Under the pieces are notes generated by a model. It was given only the letters and a program-made list of their open reading frames with translations. It did no database searches and was not told the DNA's origin. From the NCBI GenBank assembly GCA_002633005.1, contig NMRA01000317.1:237366-301365 (forward strand): a DNA stretch of 64,000 nt, written 5' to 3'. The position numbers and the translations under genes were made by a program. Source of the stretch: Phoronis australis. Taxonomy: Eukaryota; Animalia; Phoronida. Shown here in pieces: positions 22,301 to 37,300 of the stretch (the first letter of the stretch is position 1; the number at the start of each line of letters is the position of its first letter).

Positions 22301-25300
22301 TGCAATGAGCTCCTGCGCGGAGACCGGCCTTCTTGATGTGAAGAAATTCGTGCTGGTGAAGGACTTTTAGAACGGAGAACCATGTGAATGGGTGAGGACG
22401 GTTCTCGTTGCGACTGTCTGGCGGAGACTGCCTCATGCTGAGAACTGGATGATACTGCCAGGGTAGACTTTTTCTTGGAACCCTACAAAATGACAGGATT
22501 TAATCAGTTCATTTCTGATTCCATGCTGGTAAATCTGTAGTTAGCTAGGGTGCCACTAAAACAGGTCTCGGTGGTGTCCATTTGTATGTGGCAAGAATAA
22601 TTTTTTTCTTGCTTCTGTTGGTTTACATTCATAAATGCATAATATGACAGTTGTTTACTCTACGTTTTTTAATCATAATGTAAATCATGGTTGAACTCTA
22701 ATAAACATATCAAGAGAAAAAACTTGTTGGTGTCCTTTGAAAGGCCTCAGCTACATTGATGAGCAACAATAACATACAGTTAAAGCACCTTAAACGGTAT
22801 TGTACTCATTGCATGTGAAACACCCTTTTAGTCCAACATGGACATACCTTACAAGACTTGAGACAATTTTTCTCGACATTGAAAGCGTTCAACCAGTGTG
22901 CCTGAGGCATTTGGTGACCACAATGTGTTTATCAGCCACGCTGTGGAAAGGTATAGAGAACGAAAACAAGTCAACACTTCAAATTCAAAGCACACAATGA
23001 AATGCACTGCAGCAGGAAATCGCGGTTGATGTGCGACTCCAGTGACAGCAGTAATAAGTACTTGCCCGAGATGGCGATGGTTGATTGGACTCTGGAGAGG
23101 TAGGCGGAGTCATCACTAGAATCTGTCTGGTGGGTTGGGGTGGAGTTTTGAACACACCGTCAGCCTCAGCAGCAGCTTCCTCCTAATACAATATTCATGT
23201 GTTAAGACTGCTGTGTGCGCCTGCTCAAGACTTGGATTACAAGTAACAACAACAACTGAGTGTGTATAACACGTGTACGAGTGTTGTGTTGAAAACCCTA
23301 CACTACAACACCCTCGATGACTTGTTTTTGGGGACAAATGTCAAGTCCATTCCCGTTTGAAAAATGTTTAAAATTACACAAAATTGCCCTCACCGGGCCC
23401 CACAATTCCCCTCTTTATAAGGCACAGGAATCTTTCTCCTCAGGTAAGCAAGGGCCCTATCATAAAATACCACTCTACCCCACACTACCATAACCAACTC
23501 AAGCTTAACCTACTCTAGGTTTATACATTACATTACAGAGGTGCTGTTAACTAATGCCAAAACACAACAGTGTATCTAGATGGACATTTTTGTCACAATA
23601 ATCCTTCACTTGTATTTCCCTTCAATCCGCTTAGTACTAATATTGGCAGATTACTAACCTGTTGCTCTGGGGCTGTGCCGCTACCTGTGGGAGATGTCTC
23701 AGGAATCACAGCGTCATCAGAATGGATCACCTAAAAAACATCAAAAGGCAGAGTCATTTCTGTAAATGTCCCAGTAAGCAGAACTTGTGTTTGAAATGTC
23801 ATTTGGTGCATAGTCTTCCTATTTCAACTGATGTTAAGATTTAGAGATACATTTACATCACGTTTTATTTACTCTAAGCTCGATTTATCCCAAGTTCCCG
23901 GAACAGTAGTTTTTAAACACTGTCTGAACTGAATGTTCCATTGACAAAAACTTTGTACACAACTGAGCAAGAGACTTGGTATTCACTTATCAATGTCTTG
24001 AGCTGAAAGCAATTTACCCACAAACCACAGCGTGGTCAAATATCAAGTTGTCAAAACCACTACAAATGCAATGCCTTGCCATTATTTATTATACTACAAA
24101 ACACAGGAAAACGCGCAACAAAATGTAGACAACTTTTCATACTAAACACAATGGAGGTTGACTATAGTGCTGCAATTGGTTGTCCCAATTAAATGTATCT
24201 CGAGATCAGTTAATTGACGTATCATCTGATGATGATCTAATTTGACATCCGATTGACTGGTGGGGTTGCTCTTCGGTGTTTTTAAGCACTTTTAAATTAT
24301 TTTCCTCTAAGTTGTGCATTTGGAAATGTAGTATTCTAAACCTTAACTCAGGGAAGGAACATAAGTTTACATGAAACTAAAACCAAAGCGTTTATCAGAC
24401 AAAACTACTTCAATATCGTACCACAGCAAGACTATCCATTTTCTCAGGTGAAGAGGTTGAGGTCTGAAGTAAATTATCCTCTTCCTCAGACCCTGTGACC
24501 ATGTGACATGAAGCGCTTGTCCACTCAACTCCAGCCACACCAGGACTGACAGTAGACACTAAGGACTGTGTTGACACCGCAGGGCTGACAGTGGAGGCTA
24601 AAGACTGTGTAGATGTACCAACAGTCAGACCTGCCTCATCTTCGGAGATAAAAACAGCAGACACGCTGGAAACCGTTGACACGGCATCGTGAGATGAGCT
24701 TGGGGCGGCACCTGACAGTGTAGCCTTGCACACTGCAGCCATCGACGCCAGAGACTCATTAGCAGCAGGTACCGTAGCTGGAGACTCGTCCTCAACCTGG
24801 GGACCAGATTGCGTCAATACTAGGGGCTCAGAAAGTTCCACTGGTTCATTAGCATCACCATCTTGAGGACCTGAAATCTGCACTTCCTCAATAGGACCAT
24901 CTTGGCCACCAGCAGCCAAGCCAATCTCTCCAACAGATTCCAACTCGTTTCCCGATTCAGATTTACTAAGCTCACCGGATGCTTGAACTGGCTCCGTTTC
25001 CATGACAGAGGGAGAAGTGCTTTGGGTCTCTACGGCGACATGCGAGTCTGCTTCGGCCATCTCAACATCTGCTGTAAAACAATGATAAACAAAATGATTA
25101 ATAAGGGTTAACTGTATCTGCCACTTGTATTGATGCAAGAGTGTCCACAGAGGAAACAACCTTAAGTGTCATAGACTTCCACAACAGTACAACTAAGTAA
25201 TCATGTCCTTAAGGATGTGTAGGACGATCACCAAGTCCGTGCCAAATATCTACAAACCTATGGATTTTAACTAAAAAGCAAAAGTACGTATTTTCTGACA

Positions 25301-28300
25301 GAAAAAGCCTTTAGAACTTGATTCTTTACTTTATGCCAATCTGCCACGACTCAGGTCACATGACCAAGTAAATTTAGCAAAACAAGAAAGGCCCATCCAC
25401 AACAAGGCGATAGTATCAATAACAGATCCATATTTCATTTGACGTAAACGTTCAAGACGAAATCTCAAAAATGCCGAGTTACACTTTTTAATAGCCTTTT
25501 CATTTTCACTTTATGCAACTTTTGAATTTTTTCATAAAATCGCAAGTCTTGTTTCTCTTTGCTAGCCCCAAACAAAAGTGAAACATTTGAAAAACAAATC
25601 CTAACAGTGTATTGCAGCACAGTGCATACAGGACAGTGTATTGCAGCACAGTGCATACAGGATAGTGTATTGCAGCACAGTGCATACAGGACAGTGTATT
25701 GCAGCACAGTGCATACAGGATAGTGTATTGCATCACAGTGCATACAGGATAGTGTATTGCAGCACAGTGCATACAGGATAGTGTATTGCAGCACAGTGCA
25801 TACAGGACAGTGTATTGTAGCACAGTGCATACAGGATAGTGTATTGCATCACAGTGCATACACGATAGTGTATTGCAGCACAGTGCATACAGGATAGTGT
25901 ATTGCAACACAGTGCATACAGGATTAGAATATGATCTGACTTTTCTGAAATATTCCATTTTTCTAGGATCCTACAAAACTTTAAAGTAGGCAGACATTAT
26001 CCATTTCAAAGTAAGATTTGAACAAACATGATGACCACACAATCAACCTGCTTTCTAAAATTTCAAACCCACCGTCAAAATCAACTCGAGATGTGTGATG
26101 AATGTGGAATGTGATGTCTTCATCGACAACAACATCAATATCCTCGCCTTGTGATTGGCTGTTATCGGCATTGACCTCCTTGACCTCATCGTCGCCCATG
26201 GCAACCTGTACAGCTTCTTCTTCGGCACTATTATCCTTCCTAGACTGCACTTGATTTTCTTCCTCAACTTCGGATTCAGATGAGAACTGGGGAGGATTCA
26301 GTTTGGGCTCAGTCGCCTCAAATGCCAACAAAGGGGGCAAGTTAGGGTCTCCAAGTCTGCGAATAAACATAATCAGAATTAGTAATATAACTGTTTATAG
26401 CTGACTGTAAGGACGTACGCACATATCATTAGTTATAACTCATATAACTTCTAGTGTTCAATACAGTATGTTTTCAATACTTTCCCAGTATTGAATAATA
26501 TTCTTAAGAAATACTGTGTAGGCACTGGCATGTAAGCACTAGCAGAAGTGAGAAGTGATACTGTATTGCATGGTCAGAACTGGAACAAGCACAGTGACTG
26601 TCCATTATTGTAATGCTCGATGTTCGCTTGGTGATGTCCGTGAAAAAAGGTCCTCTACTTAGTATCAGAACAGATTAAGAATGGAACAGATTCACAGGCT
26701 CAGTGGCATTAGTGAGATACGGGTACAGTGTGACCACCTGAACGCATGCATTTATGCACTAGGAGCTTTAGATTACCAGCGCCACCTTGTGAATGTCCAG
26801 CTCATCATAGCTATTCTCAATATTATATTGTAACAGTAAATGTCTCTCGTGTTTTTTCAAAAACATTACCAAGTTCAAACTGACAGATAGAATACTGTAA
26901 CCGCAAATCCAGGAATCAGTCGAAATCATGAGCCATAGTTGAACAGAGACGGTGGATATGAATTACCTGCCATTAACGAGCGCTTCCTCTCAAGTGACAG
27001 CCACAAAGTGGTGTTTGACAACCACCAAGCACCGCCCTCAGGAGGACACGCGACAGAAATTCCCCGCTAATACCTCGACGAAGGGCCCAGGACGGGCCCA
27101 AATGCAAGGTTCTCAAACATAACAATCTTCATTTCTACACCAAGCAATGGCGCCATCTATGAACAATCATTCCACAAGATCAGACTTACTTGTAAGGATA
27201 TGGACTCCTGTTCAACTGTACTTTTACAGGACTTTCTTCCAGACTGGACTCACTCGGCAAATCAAACCGTATATGTCTGTCAGACGTAGACACTCTTGTG
27301 GTCACAGGGGGTGATGGATCATGGCCCATTTCCGATATGAATTCGGCGCCAAACGTGGGCTTGCCAAAGTCAAGTGGTTCCTGAGGACTACGAGGTTGGG
27401 AGTTGGTCACCAACAAACATGGTGCTGGCTTCGTCTCTGTCAAAAACTCGGCACCAAATTCGGGCTCAGCAAAAGCAATCTTCTTACGCTGGAACCTGGG
27501 TGGCGTGGACAGACCGACGTCAGAGTTGATAACACCTGAAACAAAATACACACGTGGTGCTCAACATTCATCAATCAGTATTACCTCAAGGCAGAAAAAT
27601 TGTACATATCTTGATAGATGTGACAAATTAAGTCTTATACTTACACAACAAACAGATATTGATCAGCCGCTGAATGGCTTTTGATATTCAGGAAAATGGT
27701 ATTCACAGACTCTTTTACACATCAAACAATGAGAGGCGCACAGCTTGATGGCATCCAGTAGCCAACACCACAGCCAGTCACAACAGTTGTTAGATGACAT
27801 GTACCAAGTAAACTACATGAGCACCAAGTACTTACTAGTAATCTGCACATGCTTGACTGATGGTTCGCTAGTAGGAGTGGGACTGGTGGGCTTACGGACT
27901 GCTTTCCTCACTTTCAGAATAGACTGTGGGGTAGCTTGTGGGATGCTGGTCTGCTGAGCTCGAGCGGGCGATATCCGCTTGATGACGGGGGATTCCAACA
28001 GCGAATGAGCTTCATTGAACGAAACCAGCCTTCTGAAATACATGAAGCAGACATTGATGTCAGTTGATCCAGTGAAACTTAAAAAATCAGAAATCAAACA
28101 AGTTGAAAAATATTCAACTGGTGGTATATATCACAAATACTTAAATAATTGAATTGTTTCAGAATGACTTTGTAACACAACATTAAACAGAAATTTGTAC
28201 AATGCAAAAGCCATTTTTCCTAGTCTATTCAGAGTACCTGTTGGAATGCCAAGTCTTGACATTTTCAGCTCTGCCAAGACACATAGCCCTTTATTGATAA

Positions 28301-31300
28301 TAGACAGATCGTAGACCAAACAATTACTATCTCGAACATCAATGTAACAGACCTAATTATTATTATATTGTCATTCTAAACATATGGGAACCTTCAACCA
28401 TTCCACACGAGTATTTTTAGGACTGTCTCCCGAGCTGTGCAATAACTTAATGTGTACCTTTTCAAAGCAGCTACACCTAAATTATTCCCAGGTGAGTATG
28501 CCTGTGACTTCTTTACAGGTGACAAAGACGACGCTGCTTCAGGGACCGTTCTTACTGCGGGAAGCCCTACAGATGGTACTGCTTCAGGAGACTTCTCTAC
28601 TGTGGGGAACACAACATCTACAACATCTCTGAAAAAAGGAAGGCGCAGAACTAATAGAGATTGTGGGTACACTCATATACACATGACACTTCGGCCGGGT
28701 CAACGAGCTAACACATCTCGTAAGTTCTCGATTACGACTTCTGGCTTTTAAGCCAATCAGACGTCCAGGCCGTTTTATCTGGGGGAATCGGCGATGTGCA
28801 GCCTCTAATTAACGACGGAAATGCAGTCAAATACACGTGTGTTCATAGTCAAGCCAAATTGTGTCCTAAATTAGGGACATTTTAACATAGTCTGGAAGTA
28901 TTCTCATAATGCAACATAGATGCGTTTACCTGACTCGATTGGTGAGCCTGGGGGTTACAGGAGTACACACAAATGGCCCTGTCCCTAAGGCACCAGCACC
29001 CCCTTTGGGAGATTCCGCCACTTGAGGTTTGGTCTCATGCACCTTCTCCAGGACACTCTGAATGAGGCTTGAGTGAGAGATCACGTGACTCTTCTTGGCT
29101 TTGTTTACTACAGTGGACAAGGGCTTGGGACGACTGACTAGAAATGATAAAAACAATTTTCAGTTAGTTTCAAAATTTCAGTGTCAGAATGAATTTGATT
29201 TTAGTGTTACAAGAATATGGGATGGGCCATGGCAAATTTAGGCAAAAATACACAAGATTTTCATAAAATAAAAAAGCCAGAACAAATGACACCTGAATAT
29301 GATTGTCAGTAGCAGACTAAGACTAAAATCGAAGCTTCTTACAAATTAAGTACAATACTGTTATATCTTTTTGTCTGCAGACTCTAAACATTCCACATAT
29401 AAAAAAGCCAGTTCAAGAAGTACTCACCTTCTCGCCTCAATAAATGCGACCTTTTCCTAAACTGTTGACTTCCCCCGTAAGTCAGTTTCCGTTGAACACT
29501 GGGTAGAACGCGGGAATAACAGTCCACTATGGCACTCCGCGCGGTCGATCTTTCTCTGGTGCGCACATCTTTTTCACTCTGCAAGTGAATGGTTGTTATG
29601 CACAGGCATTTTAGCAACAAGAAACTCATAGCCTACAAGGTTGCAATAGCTGGAGCAATACAGTCGCAAGCAACAACAATAATTTTGCAAAAACTATGCG
29701 TAATGTACAAATACTTAAATGATTAAATCTTTTGATGGGTGGTAAATAACAAATCAAAGCGCTTCAAGTTATAAATCCTGTTCTCACACAACCCTTGCCA
29801 TTCTACACTTCAATGCACCCCCTAAACACGCTCACTTACTGAGCAGAACCAATACTTACCTCTAGGCTCCCATTGAGTTACACCGTACAGCATCCACATA
29901 TTTTGCCCTCTGTAGATAGTGCATGACAAGTATCTCCTTAGTACCAATACTCACCACTAGGTGCCCCTTGAGTTGCTCATTACACCGTACAGCATCCACA
30001 TATTTTGCCCTCTGTAGATAGTGCATGACAAGTATCTCTTTAGTACCAATACTCACCACTAGGTGCCCCTTGAGTTGCTCATTACACCGTATAGCATCCA
30101 CATATCTTGCCCTCTGCAGATAGTGCATGACAAGTATCTCTTTAGAGCCAGGCTCACTACTCTCCTGCAGGTAGTTTATAAAATACTTCTCTTCTAATTC
30201 ATTCATAGGCAGTTGTAGTAAGGCGTCAACTGTCTTGGCTGTCAGAGAGAAACAGATATTTAGCCACAACAGAGTAGGGAACGCTGACAGTATTTGATGC
30301 AACATAAGAGCCAGGGCTCATCTATTCACATGAGTAACACAACACATGATACAGAGTACATTTTCTTCCTCTCCGCTCTGAGGTATTTGTCCAGTCAAAA
30401 AATTTCAAAAGTGATTATGTGACCGACCACTCATACATCACTCTTTACCACATGAATGAAACTATTCAAGTTTGATGCACCTTTTAAGGAAAACAAGGGT
30501 TGTAAAAAACAAAAACCACAAAACAAGGGACATCTGCAATAGTAGCCACATACCAAAATACCACAGCACCCTATCTGATTCCGTGATATTTACCCACAAT
30601 GCTGCGCACCAGTAAGGCACATGTCACCCAGATGTACACTGATGACATGTTAAACACTATTTTACAAAAAAATCCAAAATCAGTATAGATTTACTAAAGC
30701 AGTGAGTTGCCATGCTGACTAAAAGCTGTAAAGTTGCACGGGGTGTAACAAATTGTTCATTCTTCCAATCCCACTCAAGAGACATTTAGCAGCTTAACCT
30801 TTTGAGCACTAGGCCATTCATACAATGAACTTTTCTAATCCCGCAAAAGAAGAGAGTTGAATCTGTGATGTGACTATACCACCCCACTGAGTTTAGAATA
30901 CAATTTCATATATTAGTTATAAAGGCAAGAACTGTTGGGACATACTTTGTTGACAGCCGAGAAAAAAATGAGAAAGTATATCTTCAGCACTGAAAGGATC
31001 CCTGCATACCCTCTGGTAATGGAATGCTTCTGAAGTCAGTCTGAAAGATAAAACATAACTTTATTGTACAATTTCATTCAAGCTTTGGCAATTTTGCCTG
31101 CCTTATGAACACAGAGTGTTTATGTGAATACCATGCGTGCTGCTTGAGTCAGTCGAAAAGATGTTCCATGACATCCATGTATTACACCATAACAGCACAA
31201 AGCTGTCACAGCGCCACCTGTAACATAAAATGTTCACCACAGTAACCACTTAATGACAGTATACACTTGGTAAACGAGCAACACTCCAACAATCCCAATA

Positions 31301-34300
31301 TCCTTGAGACTATTACCTATTAGCCAGGAGTATGGTCAGCTTCAACTTGACATCCTCGGGTTCCGCCATGACTGGCTTCTTAACTCTCATGTACTTCAAG
31401 GCTAATGAACTTTGACCCTGGTAAAGGAAGGCCTTCAATATGCGACGGTGTTGCCACGGTAACAGCTCTGTGTCAATCAACGGATCGAGCAGAACAGCTA
31501 GAGCTTCCTACATGGAGTACAGCGGAAAAACCATTTAATAGTTGGTTTGATATTGAAACACAAATGGCAAATGACAAGCTTGGAAAATAATCGACACAAA
31601 TACTCTTAAAAAATTCATTCAGCACAATAAGATTCAATTCTTAACTTGGACCTAGTTTCAAAGAGCATATCGAGTGGTTAGTAATGAATTTTAAAGAATT
31701 GGTGTATATACCTCGAAGTCTTTGTGATCTAGCAGCCAGAAGCCCTGTACAAGGCGCGGTGTCTTCTGGCCAACACCCATTGCTTCACAGAACTTTCCCA
31801 AGTCTTCCACAAACTGGAAAAACACAACAAGTATGAACTTGAGGAAAACAAGGAGCAGGTAAACATTCAGTATGTGAATGTGTTTAATAACCCTGCCTTG
31901 TGACCTTATAAGAAGACAGAATAAGACAAGGAAATATATAGTACTAAGTGTAACAGTCACAGAGTAAAAAATGAAACGAGCCATGATTTCAAACTTGTGA
32001 TGAACTAAAAGAACCATTGCAGTGACAGAAACTACTGCCTTGATAATCGAAACATTGGTTTATATTGAATTTAAGCAAACCATCTCTATATTGCAAGCAG
32101 GCACACAAAGAGACTAAACACCTCCTAAACACACGCGTGCACAAATACACTAATAAGTACACACACAAACCTTTTCATCTGTAGACAGGGAGATGAGATC
32201 AATCAATAAATACATGACAATGCTGTGCTTGAGCTGAACAGACACACCTTCCAGAAGGTACAGGTTTAACAAAGCCTGCAACACAACAATAGTGACTCAG
32301 GTGTCAATGACGGGTTAACACAACAGTAAAGCGTACAATTTACAAAAAAAACTGACACATAGAAGATATTACGTTGCAATACTACAAGACCAAAAATCCT
32401 CTGAGAATAGATTGAATAGAGAAAAGAATAGTTCTCCACGGTAACTAAATCATTGAGCACGGTAATGCTTCATCGATTCAGAACAGAATATGGCTAAATA
32501 GAGAAATTTCATTTTATCAAATTCCTCAACAAAAAGAAAGAGGAAGAAGTTTAACTTCATAGTTAGAAGAAGTTTAACTTCATAGTTAGAAGACGTTAGT
32601 ATTGTACATTTGCTATTAACCATTACATTTAGTTTAGCTGTTACGAACTGCAGTAAGTAAGTGAACCTTTGAAAAATGAAGACATTTCCAACAATTACTT
32701 GCGTCTGAATTTGAAAAAAAATTAACTACGCCATACATTTCTCAGAAAGTTAGCGCCATCTCTCCTGGAGATGCCAACAGCCAATAACACCAAGAGGGTG
32801 GGTGAGACCCACAGTACTCACATAGAGCCCCGGGGGCGGGTAGCGTTCATTACCCCCAGCTTTACACCACACGTTGCACAATGCCTGGCCGGCTTGTTGC
32901 ACCAGACCATCTATCAGCAGAATATCATCACTGTCTATAGAGCTGAAATGAGAAAACAGCATGTCAAATCTCAATCAGAGACAACGACTTAGAATCGAGT
33001 CATTAACCACCCTGTTGAACACTGTTGAACAATAATGACAGGAAAGCGACCTTTTGATTTTGTTTTTACTAAAAATACAAATCCTCAATTAACCTAGAAA
33101 CATATTGATTGTTGTACAAACACGAATACACGAGGAAATATATTTTTTAGCAAATAAACAACACCAAAACATTCACTGGTTTTCTTATACAAGACTATGT
33201 AAACGTATATCATAAGAAAACAGCGTACCTGTGTAATTTCTTGATTTCTTGCCGTCTGCTACTGTAAGACTTCGATAGTGACTGGATTGGGAAACTGAAC
33301 TTGGAGTTAGACCTCTGGGATTCTGCAAGTGATCACAGGAAGAAACATCAACCAACTTAATGTTATGATAAATAGGACAGAAAAACACAAACACAAACAT
33401 CTATAAATCTCTCTACAACTATCAGTAATATATATTGTGTGCAAACATTTCACACTGGACAGTAACTGAGAGTGCTGAATCACTGGTTTAAGTCCAGTCA
33501 AAAATAGCAGAGGGAAGGAATGTCATTTTTTAATTTCCAGCGCAGTCAAGCCGAATGTCAAACAGAGACGGACCATACCTGGGTACTCAGGTAGGAGTCC
33601 AGTAGACAGGAACCAGAGAACGAGTTGAAAGTGTTGACAGATGAGAGTGACTACGCTCAGCTTAGTCTCCAGGTCTTGAAGGCCTGCAATGAAGGACACA
33701 ACTACATGATACAATGTGACTATGTTTAGTAATGCTCTCACTTTAGCACTGGCGAAGCTGTCTTCAAAATCAAATGTCAAAGAAATAATAAAAACATTAA
33801 ACAATGCACAAATTATTCAAAATGATACATGTCAAGACCAGATAAATTTAGACATGCAAAAACTTCAAAATCAACTAAAAATACGCATTAAAAACACCAA
33901 GCTTTCGAGCCTTAATGGGTGTGGCTCTTCGTTGTTAAGCTGTACTCATTACAAATTATTCAAACACTTGTGTACAAATACACTTGTGTACTAATATCAT
34001 GAACTTCCTTTCCCAATGTCAAAGAAACAATACTCATGGACAAGAACTTACCCTGGTCTGTAGTAGGCGTAGAGTGGTTACTGAGGCACTGAATAACAGA
34101 CGTGAGTCGACACAATTGTAGGTGATTGTTCTGTAGCTGCTGTAGTGTCTGACTGTCTGGCTGCAGACCACTCCAGTCATACAGTGGCGTGCCTAATAAA
34201 GGTAGGAGAACACTGACGTAAATGTGCAGAAACAGCAAGATCAGAGGGATGCTTTTTTAAATTATGTAAGGTCAGGGGACAAGATGGTTCCACCCATTCA

Positions 34301-37300
34301 ATTGCAAACCCACTGCTGTTTTTCTACAAAAACATTGCAAATATGACAAAATTAACCATTCTCGATATTCACACGAAACAACCACTTAGTTGGTGGACAA
34401 ATGATCTTTCATAAAACATACCTTAGAAGTGACTACCTGTAGAAAATCTGTGGTGCAAATGTTCCATATGGCAATACATAAACTAGCGCAGTGTCCAAGA
34501 AGCTAGTTTTGTATTCAAACCACTTGCCGCTATATAACTCAGTGATTTCTGACTTTACAAAAAAAACACCAGGTTGTTATTTCATGAGACTAAGCTCGGC
34601 GCACAACATGACCCGCCGTAACAAGTCAACTCGTAGAGTTTGGTTTCACGCAATAACGAACTGATAAGTTCTTTTGAAGTCCTGATATTACCTTCAACTT
34701 GACCAAGGGACAATTTGAGACCAATTTCGTAACAGCAAGTGGCTTAACTTTGTTTGGTTTGTATTATAGCTGAATTAAGTATTCTAAACTTAAGACAACA
34801 AAGTTCAGTAACACACTACTCTCTAAATTAACATTCACACTATGTAGAAGCACTTTAAGCAAGACACCAAAGAGACAGTGGTGGTTTAAAAGAAAAGCCT
34901 GAAGACATAATGAAGACATACACAGCTTATTGCAGTGTTCCTTGATCTGAGCTACACGTGACCACGCCCAGTCCAGCAGAGTGCGCAGAGTACAGCCAAC
35001 ATGAACAAACTCTGCAATGAGAAAAAGATGATCAATTTTGAGTGTCTGCCTGCGCAAACGTTTGATGAAAAAGCAAATACCAAAAAACTTTGCCAGTTAA
35101 TTAAAATTTGATTGTTATTTGAAATTCACAAACACTTTTCAGGCCATGGCATGAATTTTCAATATAAGTGGCGCTCAAGAAAGTGTTTCTTTTTATTATC
35201 ACCTGATGCACCACTTAATCACTTAATTATTAAGGTATGCCTAAGTCAATGACGCATCTGTAAATTTAAGCAGTACTTCCTCACAACCTGTATTATGTGA
35301 ACAGGAAACCAAGAAATACAACAACTAAGCCTCAGAGGTTGGATGTAACTACTAACATTTGAAGCAGACAAATTTTAGAAGTGCTGGCCAGCCCATTGGC
35401 TTTCTGAACGGGGATGTTTTACGTGGCAAAGGAAACACGTCCTGTCACGTCAATAGGATACCAAACCCAGTTTTGGCCTGTTAAGATACTAAAAATGACG
35501 TTCCCACCCTGTTCTCTGAAACCACCAACAACCCTCAAAAGTTTGATGGAAAATTGGAAAACTAATACGCTTTTAGCAAATTGCACAACTGTGGGAAAAA
35601 ACACCCACCAAGGACCATTATGTCCAATCTGTGACATAGGGAGTATGAGTTTTTACTTGATTTCTGCCTTTAACTTGGAAGATTGACGCCAATGATGCAT
35701 TAGCAGGGGACAGAACGAGGATTGGTTGAAATCATCAAAACAGAGTTTAGTATCCTTTTAAGAAAAATTGCGAAGCTGGTCTTATGGGGTAAAAGACCCA
35801 ATTCTGACTTAAGTTTCTGGTGGAAAGAGCAACTTTTTAAACAATACCAGTATCAGTGAACTGCTGGCAGCAGTGTGTGATGAAGTCTAGTAATCCATAC
35901 TCCAGGGCCACACAGAGAATGACTTCGCGCTGTTGATGCTGAAGAATATGTATAAATAAACAATAATACACTTCATTGAAGATTGTAATAAAGCAGAAAC
36001 CACAATAATACGTGTCACAGACTTGGAAAACCTGAGTGGAGGGCTAACAATGCAAGACTCACAACGTGTCACAAAAACATGGTTGCAATACGTTACCAGG
36101 TCGTACACCTGCTTTTTATACATAGTCATTGATAAAATAATATACACTTTTGTTATGATAACTGATATTAATAGTAATGCAGATACCAGTGACATGTGCT
36201 CAAACTTTTTATTCCTGTATTGAGAAAATAGAATTAAGATCAATGAACAACTACATTTCAACTACCTGCTTGTTCAAATTCAGTTTTTGGTGAAGTAGAG
36301 AAAACTACATACTTTAGAAGTCGATCTTGTTCCGGATGAGGAATTATTTGTTTTTAGTCTATGATATATTTATCAAGCCCATCCCTCTCAAGATACCTGT
36401 GTAAGCGATGCTGTGGCCAATTGATCCATCGACCTGGGCAAGAGTCCAGCATAGACAGCCATATTAAATATATCCTGAGGGTTCATGAGCACAACGGGGC
36501 CATGCAGACTCATGTCGCTCAACACCTGCCTCTGGAGTCCCAGGTATTTAGAGTGGACCACACCCGTTTCAGACAAGCAGCATGTATCTGTAAAAAGAAG
36601 TTAAAGGCTGAGTGTTGCAATTCAACAAGTGAATTATTATAGGCCCACGGCTGCTTAAAACTGCATTGACTTAGAACTCTGAAAGAGTTTCCTTTGTTAA
36701 AAGACATCCTTGTATGTATCTGCATTTCTCATTAGCAAATTTCGAAAGTTCATAGAACAGTTCAGTCTTTCCACGCTGACAGTTCTGGTAGTCACCAACC
36801 AGAAATTCAAAATAATACCAACAGTTCAGTGACACATTTTGTACAGTTACAAAAGCCCATCATTTTGGACTGAACTGCTTCCAATTGCAGTTCAATTCAG
36901 GATGTTTTTAACAATACTGCTTCACTGTAACGTACATTGTTTAGATCATATGGTACTAAAGTATTCCAATGGACCTAGAAATCCAACTCAAAATGCAAGG
37001 TAACCTCAGACCTATAACCGCATTGTCCACTAAACTCACACAACATACAACCCAATGATCCTGAATTAACAAGACATGAACTCAATCACAGGTTCTTACT
37101 GAATGATAGTGACGATGGGAAGGCATGCAGCTCGGGTGGAGGAACTGAGCTTGAGCTGAACTTGGTGACTGTCTCAGGTCCAATGGAGAGGGAAAGGAGG
37201 CAGTCGGGGGCGCATGCCTCCATGACACCGGACAGGGTGTAGAATGAGAAGAATGAACATGGCTCATGGCCACTGTTGAAGAACCTGCACACAGATGAAG

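Noticed and set aside
25465-25958. Cys/His-rich repetitive ORFs (121 and 150 aa) and a CRISPR-like periodicity
   Set aside because: Translations of a 29-bp minisatellite; the units are contiguous with no unique spacers, and the DNA is eukaryotic intron.
36390-36397. U12-type donor (GTATCTT) in ELYS
   Set aside because: Deviates from the GTATCCTT consensus and I saw no clear U12 branch point; treated as an ordinary GT-AG intron.
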